From: an uncultured Holophaga sp.
GTDB lineage: Bacteria; Acidobacteriota; Holophagae; Holophagales; Holophagaceae
DNA: 64,000 nucleotides
Assembly: GCA_963664825.1 (NCBI GenBank)
Contig: OY761614.1
Span: forward strand, 3,264,001 to 3,328,000
Direction of reading: 5' to 3'
Shown here: positions 57,659 through 64,000 of the stretch, piece by piece
Numbering within the stretch: the first letter of the stretch is position 1
Layout of the letters: every line of letters begins with the position of its first letter
Translations under genes and position numbers: made by a program
Notes under the pieces: generated by a model
What the model was told of the DNA's origin: nothing
Databases searched by the model: none
What the model saw: the letters and a program-made list of their open reading frames with translations, nothing else

Positions 57659-58336
57659 ATGTCCCAGCTGCCGCCCCTGCCCGACCCCGCCCATCCGAAT
57701 CCCTACACCGTGACGAGCCGGGAGATGCTCTTTGATTCTCCCTGGATTCGGCTGCGGGAGGATCGCTTCCATCATCGGAAGGGCATCGATGGCCGCTACC
57801 CCATCTGCGGTTTCCGCCGCACGGCCTGCGGGGTCCTGGCCCTGGATGCCCAAGATCGCGTGATGCTGGTGGGCCAGTGGCGCTATCCGCTGGAGCAGTA
57901 TTCCTGGGAGATCGTGGAAGGCGGCGGCGAGGAGCACGAATCGCCCTTCGAATGCATCCAGCGGGAATTGGGCGAGGAGGCTAACCTCCAGGCGGGCCTG
58001 TGGGAACCCCTCGCCTATGCCAATCTCAGCAACTCCTCCACAGACGAGGAGGCCTTTCTCTTCCTGGCTTCCGATCTCTCCGCGGTCCAGGGCCACGAGC
58101 CCGATGCGGAAGAGGAACTATGTCTCCACCCTGAACCCTTCGAGAACTGCCTGCGCCGGGTTCTCTCTGGGGAAATCGCCGATGGCCTCACGGTCATCGC
58201 CCTCCTGTCCCTCCAGGCTCGGCGCAGCGGCATGACTGAACCCTTGGACCCGCCCCTCCTGGAACGCTTCTTTCAGCGTCCCAAGGACCGCCCCAGCCCT
58301 GGAAGGGCACGCTGGAGTACACTGGAAACGCCATGA
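57659..58336 (+). CDS. NUDIX hydrolase
   Basis: LVGQWRYP...WE..EGG......P....QREL.EE. Confidence 0.9.
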   Translation: MSQLPPLPDPAHPNPYTVTSREMLFDSPWIRLREDRFHHRKGIDGRYPICGFRRTACGVLALDAQDRVMLVGQWRYPLEQYSWEIVEGGGEEHESPFECIQRELGEEANLQAGLWEPLAYANLSNSSTDEEAFLFLASDLSAVQGHEPDAEEELCLHPEPFENCLRRVLSGEIADGLTVIALLSLQARRSGMTEPLDPPLLERFFQRPKDRPSPGRARWSTLETP

Positions 58337-58935
58337 TCGTCACGCTTCATCCCGAAACCCCTCAGCAGCGCCATCTCGAGCGCATCGTCGAAGTCCTGCA
58401 GAAGGACGGGGTCATCGCCTATCCCACGGATACGCTCTATGGTCTGGGTTGCCTGGTCTCCCGCAAGAAGGCCGTGGACCGGATTCAGATCGTGAAGGGC
58501 CGCGACCCCAAGAAGCCCATGTCCATCCTCTGCGCGGACCTGTCCATGCTCTGCCGCTACACCCAGCACCTGGACACAGCGACCTTCCGCATCCTCAAGC
58601 AGATGTTCCCTGGTCCCTATACGGCGATCCTGCCCGCCAGCCGCGAGGTGCCGCGCCATCTCCAGAACAAGCAGACCGTGGGCCTGCGCATCCCGGACCA
58701 CCCCTTCTGCTTGGCCATCACGCAGATGCTCGGCGAACCGATCATCACCACGAGCTGCAACCGCGCCGGGGAAGACCCGATGACGAGTTCTTGGGAGATC
58801 CAGGAGGAACTGGGCCACCTGCTGGATATGGTCGTGGACTGCGGCGAACCTTCAGGCTTGGGGAGCACGATCGTCGATCTGACTCAGGAGGAACCCGTCC
58901 TCCTCCGCCAGGGCGCCGGGGCTTGGCCGATCTGA
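58333..58935 (+). CDS. Sua5/YciO/YrdC family threonylcarbamoyl-AMP synthase
   Basis: YPTDTLYGLGC, KGR...KP, PGP.T.IL, VGLR.P, TS.N, STIVD, LRQG. Confidence 0.92.
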   Translation: MIVTLHPETPQQRHLERIVEVLQKDGVIAYPTDTLYGLGCLVSRKKAVDRIQIVKGRDPKKPMSILCADLSMLCRYTQHLDTATFRILKQMFPGPYTAILPASREVPRHLQNKQTVGLRIPDHPFCLAITQMLGEPIITTSCNRAGEDPMTSSWEIQEELGHLLDMVVDCGEPSGLGSTIVDLTQEEPVLLRQGAGAWPI

Positions 58936-58937
58936 GA

Positions 58938-59714
58938 TCAGGCCAGATCGAGGCTCACGGGACAGTGATCGGAACCCATCACATCCGGATGGATCTCCAC
59001 GTGCTTGGCCCGTTCCAATAGACCGGCACTGATGAGGAAATGGTCGATCCTCCATCCGACGTTCTTGGCCCGGGCACCCCCTCGTTGGGTCCACCATGTA
59101 TAGAGACCGACCGTCTCGGGATTCCGTTCGCGGAGCACGTCATGCAGGCCCTCCGCCAGGTAGAGCCTGAAGTCCTCGCGCTCTTCAAGCGTGAACCCTG
59201 GGTTCAGATGATTGTCCTTGGGACGCGCCAGATCGATCTCTTCAGGTGCCACGTTCATGTCCCCGGCGAGGATCACCTGCTTTCCCTCGGCATGGAGCGC
59301 CTTCACGTGATCGGCCAGCTGCCTGGCAAAGGCCCGCTTGTAGTCGAGCCGCACCAGCCCCGTCGAAGCATTGGGAAAGTAGCCCCCAATGAAGACCAGA
59401 TCGCCTCGCAGACTCTGGACCACCCTGCCCTCCTGATCAAAGGCCTCGATGCCCAGGCCCGGGGCATGGGTGAAGCCCAGTTCCTTCCGACTGAGGGTCG
59501 CAGTCCCCGCATAGCCCTTCTTGCTGCGGGCCGGGAACCAGCAAACGTCATAGGCGCTCTCCAGCTGGTGGCGCACCCCCAGATCGATCTCCTCCCATTC
59601 GCAGCGGATCTCCTGGAGGGAGATCAGATCGGGATCGGCCCCCTCCAGCCAGTCCATGAAGCCCTTTCTCAGGGCCGCACGGAAACCGTTCACGTTCCAG
59701 GTATAGAGCTTCAC
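58938..59714 (-). CDS. xth: Exodeoxyribonuclease III
   Basis: TWNVNG.RA, LQE, GY.G, GD.N, YTWW, GWRID, SDHCP. Confidence 0.95.
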   Translation of the reverse strand: MKLYTWNVNGFRAALRKGFMDWLEGADPDLISLQEIRCEWEEIDLGVRHQLESAYDVCWFPARSKKGYAGTATLSRKELGFTHAPGLGIEAFDQEGRVVQSLRGDLVFIGGYFPNASTGLVRLDYKRAFARQLADHVKALHAEGKQVILAGDMNVAPEEIDLARPKDNHLNPGFTLEEREDFRLYLAEGLHDVLRERNPETVGLYTWWTQRGGARAKNVGWRIDHFLISAGLLERAKHVEIHPDVMGSDHCPVSLDLA

Positions 59715-60070
59715 AGCGACTCCACAAGACGTTCCCACATACGATGCGAGCGGACCCGCCACCATCCCATCAGAAACAGCACGGGCCAGCCCTTGAAGGT
59801 CGCCCGATGGATGAGCAGCAGGCGCTTGCCCTCAGGCCGCGCCTGGAAGAAACCCCGTTCCTCCACGCCAAGGCAGGGCCGCAGGACGTATTCGGCTTCG
59901 AAGGCCTCCAAATCCTGAAGGCGAACACGCACCTCCACGGCCTTCAGTCGGGGATGCCAACGCCCATAGGAACGTCCATCCGAGAGGACCCGAGCCACCG
60001 CCTCCAGGGGCGCATTGGTGTCCCGCACCAGTTCGAGAGACCAGACGGGGCGTTTCACGGCCTCGCCCAT
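59711..60070 (-). CDS. Small hypothetical protein, SRPBCC-like
   Basis: AP.E.V...L.D...Y.RW.P pattern; stop overlaps the xth start. Confidence 0.5.
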   Translation of the reverse strand: MGEAVKRPVWSLELVRDTNAPLEAVARVLSDGRSYGRWHPRLKAVEVRVRLQDLEAFEAEYVLRPCLGVEERGFFQARPEGKRLLLIHRATFKGWPVLFLMGWWRVRSHRMWERLVESL

Positions 60071-60094
60071 CCCGGGCAGGGCTTCCAGCCCATG

Positions 60095-60408
60095 TTCACC
60101 GGATGAAGCCCGGCTTCGCATCCGCTTCGCCCTCCGGGCTCAGACCAGGAAGGAAGAGTGGCGCATTACGGTATTTCGAGCCGCAGCACTGCACAGTTTG
60201 GGCTACGCCCAAGCCTGTGCCGCGCCACTCTACGCCATCAGCCTGTCGGCTGTCGGCTACTCGAAATGCACGATCCAGGTTCACCGGACCACGAAGCCCG
60301 GCTTCGCATCCGCTTCGCCCTCTGGGCTCAGACCAGGAAGGGCGAGACGAGGGCATGGATACAGGTTCCAAGCGGCATTCACCGGACCACGAAGCCCGGC
60401 TTCGCATC
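60095..60408. repeat. Three direct repeats of the metG 3' end
   Basis: Copies at 60095-60153, 60280-60341 and 60378-60408 (last is the coding end of metG). Confidence 0.95.
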
Positions 60409-62355
60409 TTCCGGGGGGGCGATGAGGTAGGGCTTGCTGGCGTTGTCACTGGCACAGAGCAGCATGCCGTGGCTCTCGATGCCCATCATGGCCCGGGGCG
60501 CCAGATTGGCCACGACGACGACGCGACGGCCCACCAGATCGGCGGGCGCGTAGGCTTCCTTGATGCCGCCCAAGATCGTGCGCTGCTCGAAGCCCAGGTC
60601 CACCTTCATCTTGATGAGCTTCTTGCTCTTGGGCACTTCCTCGGCCTCCAATATCAGCCCCACCCGCAGATCGGTCTTGGCGAAGGTGTCGTAATCGATA
60701 TTCTCCTTCACGGGAGGGAGGTCCAGAGGCTGGGGGGCGGCGGGCTGAGGGGCGGCTTCCGCGCGGATGGCTTCGATTTCGTTCATGGCAGTTTCCTTGT
60801 CGATGCGGGCGAAGAGAGGTTTGGGATCGGATACGGGGCCTGGGGCGGGGGCTTCCACATCGAGATCGGCGAAGCGCAGATCCATCACATGGCCCGTGAG
60901 ACCAAGGCTTTCCCAGAGCTGCTGACAGAGCTCAGGCATGACGGGCCCGGCCAGCAGAGCGGTCAGACGAAGGGCACGGTAGAGCTGGGCCAGGACCGTA
61001 TCGAGCTTCTGGGCATTGGCCTCGTCCTTGGCTAGTTTCCAGGGTTCGGCCTTCACGATGTAGCCGTCCAGATGGCGCAGGAAGGCCCACAGCCCATCCA
61101 GGGCGCCATTGAAATCATGCCTGGAGGCCCGCTCCAGGTACTGCGGCGCCGCCTGGCGCAGGAGTTCGCGCACCTCCGTATCCGCCGCGTCATACTGGAC
61201 GGGCTCCACCACCACACCCTTCCGGTAGCGCTGCAGCATGCTGATGCTGCGGCTCGCGAGATTGCCCAGGCCGTTGGCCAGGTCTGCGTTGAGCCGGTCG
61301 ATGAAAGCCTCGAAGGTGAAGGCGCGGTCGTGGCCGATATGCATATCGCGCAGGAGGAAGAAGCGCGCGGCGTCCGTGCCGAAGTGGAGCAGTTCCTTGG
61401 GACGCACGATATTGCCAAGGGACTTGCTCATCTTGGTCTCGCCCATGAGCCACCACCCGTGGGCCAGAATGGTCTTGGGCATCTGCGCGCAGATGCGATC
61501 GGGCAGTGCGCCCTTTAGGTCATCGCCCTCCTGGCGGTAGATGGCCATGAGGAAGGCGGGCCAATACACGGCATGGAAGCGGAGGATGTCCTTGCCCACC
61601 AACTGCACCGCCGGCGGCCAGTGGCCTTGTTTGGAGGCGCTGAGGTAGTTCAGCAGGGCGTCGAACCAGACGTATACCACGTGTTTCTCGTCCCCCGGCA
61701 CAGGGATGCCCCAGGTGATGGAGGTGCGACTGATGCTGAGGTCCTGAAGGTTGCCGCGCTCGCCGCCGGGCGACACGAATTGTTTGACTTCGTTGAGGCG
61801 GAAATCCGGCTGTACGAATTCGGGACACTTTTCATAAAGCTGGATGAGCCAATTTTCATAGGAGGAGAGGCGGAAAAAGTAGCTCTCTTCTTCCAGTTCC
61901 ACCAGCTGATGGGCCAGCCCTTGGGCCTGCATCTCCTTGGCTTGGATCTCCGTCACATAGGCTTCGTCCGATACACTGTAGAGGCCCTTGTAGGTGGCCT
62001 TGTAGATATCCCCCCTGGCCAGCAGCTCCGTGAAACGCGCCTGCACCGTGGCTTTGTGCGATGCGTGGGTGGTGCGCACGAAGTGATCCACCGTGAGGCC
62101 CATCTGCTTCCAGAGGTTTTCGAAGTTGGGTGCCACCTCGTCCACTAGCTGCTGGGGTGTGATGCCCCGGCTGGCCGCGGTCTTCTCGATCTTCTGTCCG
62201 TGCTCATCGGTCCCGGTGAGGAAGTAGACATCCTCGCCCAGCATCCGGTGATGGCGCGCCAGGGCATCCGCCATGACGGTCGTATAGGTATGACCGATAT
62301 GGGGTTTGTCATTCACGTAGTAGATGGGGGTAGTGACATAGAAAGGCTTGGACAC
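60379..62355 (-). CDS. metG: Methionine--tRNA ligase with C-terminal tRNA-binding OB domain
   Basis: YVTTPIYYVN..PHIGH, TGTDEHG, YVWFDAL.NY, GKDI, KMSKS, C-terminal EMAP/Trbp domain. Confidence 0.98.
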   Translation of the reverse strand: MSKPFYVTTPIYYVNDKPHIGHTYTTVMADALARHHRMLGEDVYFLTGTDEHGQKIEKTAASRGITPQQLVDEVAPNFENLWKQMGLTVDHFVRTTHASHKATVQARFTELLARGDIYKATYKGLYSVSDEAYVTEIQAKEMQAQGLAHQLVELEEESYFFRLSSYENWLIQLYEKCPEFVQPDFRLNEVKQFVSPGGERGNLQDLSISRTSITWGIPVPGDEKHVVYVWFDALLNYLSASKQGHWPPAVQLVGKDILRFHAVYWPAFLMAIYRQEGDDLKGALPDRICAQMPKTILAHGWWLMGETKMSKSLGNIVRPKELLHFGTDAARFFLLRDMHIGHDRAFTFEAFIDRLNADLANGLGNLASRSISMLQRYRKGVVVEPVQYDAADTEVRELLRQAAPQYLERASRHDFNGALDGLWAFLRHLDGYIVKAEPWKLAKDEANAQKLDTVLAQLYRALRLTALLAGPVMPELCQQLWESLGLTGHVMDLRFADLDVEAPAPGPVSDPKPLFARIDKETAMNEIEAIRAEAAPQPAAPQPLDLPPVKENIDYDTFAKTDLRVGLILEAEEVPKSKKLIKMKVDLGFEQRTILGGIKEAYAPADLVGRRVVVVANLAPRAMMGIESHGMLLCASDNASKPYLIAPPEDAKPGFVVR

Positions 62356-62634
62356 GAGGACTCCATGACCTTCCAGTCTACCGGAGGTCGCCAAGGCCAT
62401 CAGCTCCTGGGCAAGAAGAATATGGCCCCGAGGTTTCACGCGGGCAGGGCAGGCCTTGGAACTGAATTCGCCCGAGAGAAGAAGATGAACGGCCGTGACG
62501 AGGGGCTTCTGATGTCAGGTATTTCCTAGCCATCTTCTCCTGGCGTTGACGGTTCGGCCGACTTATATTGTGCATCCTCCCCCCAATCTGTGAAGCACCC
62601 GATGGCTCATGCCCCTCTTCCATGTGAGCTGTTT

Positions 62635-64000
62635 ATGCGATACATACCTTTTTCCCCATTCGGCTGGATCCCCCGGGTTGCGAGACACCCGGTCTTGCGG
62701 AGATCTCTAAAAATAGCCTTCGATCTGGCTTTAGCATTGGTGTCGATGCGTTTAGCGAACGCATTAATCTTGTATTCAAGAACCATTGGCCCCCAAGATT
62801 TGGTTTGGTTCGGCTTGGCCATGGGCATGAACGTTCTGTTTGGAATGCCCAACCAGCATTACAGGACCTTCGGGGTCCGGGATCTCGTGACCCTCTTTAA
62901 GGTTTCTGTCCTCGCCCTTCTGCCCTTGGGATTCCTACAGACCCTCAACCCCAACCTGATGAGCATCCAGGTCCCCGAGAACTGGCTGGCGGCCACCCTT
63001 TTGACCTTGCTCTCCTGGACCCTGCTCCGCCTGATCTGCCGGATATACCATGAGCGAAAGGAAATCTTCTCGTCCTCTTCCCGCAGTTCAGGAAAACGGG
63101 CCCTCATCCTGGGGGGCGGCTACGCCGGACTGCAGGTGGCTCACGAGTTGCAGCACAATCACAGCCTCGGTGCTCAGGTGGTGGGGTTCCTGGATGACGC
63201 CCCCGATATGCAGGGCCTGCGAATCCAGGGCATTCCTGTCCTGGGCACCACAGCCCAACTGCCTGAAATCGTGGCCCGGTACCAGATCCAGCAGGTGATC
63301 ATTTCCATCCCCAGCGCCAAGGGCAGCACCATACGCAACTTTGCCAAGCGGGCCCATGAGGCCGGTACCCTGGTTTACACCGTCCCCGGGCTATGCCAGA
63401 TGCTCCAGGGGGAGACCTGGAAGCCCATCCTCCAGAAGATCTCCATTGAGGATCTGCTCCGCCGCGAACCCATCGAGCTGAACCATGCCGCCCTGGGTGA
63501 GCACCTGCGGGATACCGTGGTAATGGTCACCGGCGCGGGCGGTTCCATTGGATCCGAGATCTGCCGCCAAGTGGCCGCCTTCGGTCCTAGCCGCCTAGTA
63601 CTCCTGGGACGCGGCGAGGGAAGTCTCTGGAAAATCGAACGCGATATCCGGGATCTCTTCCCCAGCCTGCCCATCACCCTGGAGCTCTGCGATATCCGCA
63701 ACCCGCGGCGTCTGAAACAGGCCTTCCTGCGGTGGAGGCCGGAGATCGTCTTCCATGCGGCCGCCCACAAGCATGTGCCCTACCTGGAAGAACACCCGGA
63801 AGAGGCCATGGAGAACAATATCTTCGGGACCCAGAACGTCGTTCACGCCGCCGTGAGCGTTGGAACCCGAGTGTTCGTGAACATCTCCACCGACAAGGCC
63901 ATCAATCCCACCAACGTGCTGGGAGCCTCCAAATACATCGCCGAGCGCGTCGTCCTCATGGGTGCTCAGGATGCCCCCACAGGCTCCCGCTACGTCACTG
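62635..64000 (+). CDS. Nucleoside-diphosphate sugar dehydratase/epimerase (CapD/WbpM/PglF family), runs off window end
   Basis: Hand translation (absent from ORF track): N-terminal TMs, GFLDD, IEDLLRR, VTGAGGSIGSE, FHAAAHKHVP, ISTDKA.NPTNV.GASK. Confidence 0.93.
   Translation, partial: MRYIPFSPFGWIPRVARHPVLRRSLKIAFDLALALVSMRLANALILYSRTIGPQDLVWFGLAMGMNVLFGMPNQHYRTFGVRDLVTLFKVSVLALLPLGFLQTLNPNLMSIQVPENWLAATLLTLLSWTLLRLICRIYHERKEIFSSSSRSSGKRALILGGGYAGLQVAHELQHNHSLGAQVVGFLDDAPDMQGLRIQGIPVLGTTAQLPEIVARYQIQQVIISIPSAKGSTIRNFAKRAHEAGTLVYTVPGLCQMLQGETWKPILQKISIEDLLRREPIELNHAALGEHLRDTVVMVTGAGGSIGSEICRQVAAFGPSRLVLLGRGEGSLWKIERDIRDLFPSLPITLELCDIRNPRRLKQAFLRWRPEIVFHAAAHKHVPYLEEHPEEAMENNIFGTQNVVHAAVSVGTRVFVNISTDKAINPTNVLGASKYIAERVVLMGAQDAPTGSRYVT

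Noticed and set aside
60095..60408. CRISPR array
   Set aside because: Only three copies, spacers very unequal, the repeat is metG coding sequence, and no cas genes are present.

Overview
GC-rich bacterial chromosome segment. Gene content and order (spoVG-tRNA-Gln, fused lptFG, secretin with cohesin-like C-terminus) suggest Acidobacteriota, probably Holophagae; this is inferred, not searched. Most of the window is core genes: kdsD, lptFG, pilT, ispB, yajQ, udk, tdh/kbl, guaA, hutCGUH, ppa, an EF-G paralogue, cinA, plsY/gpsA, yicC, radA, smc, rpsO, xth, metG, tRNA-Gln(TTG), tRNA-Leu(CAG), a T2SS/type IV pilus-like operon, and the start of a polysaccharide locus. No CRISPR array, rRNA, integrase or transposase was seen. 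Unexplained structure: (1) duplicated 3' ends of two essential genes (tRNA-Gln and metG), each next to the same short motif TCGCCCT-N2/3-GGGCTC, one pair bracketing a putative metalloprotease islet; (2) an apparent operon of three paralogous HEAT-repeat proteins, an HD hydrolase and an orphan FleS/FlrB-like kinase; (3) three long intergenic palindromes built from 8-9 nt subrepeats; (4) a DnaA-box-containing intergenic region between smc and radA; (5) a lipoprotein carrying a GspG-type head domain without a prepilin leader; (6) a lipoprotein serpin with a compositionally distinct reactive loop. All product calls come from motif recognition by eye, and several starts were re-chosen from the ORF track.
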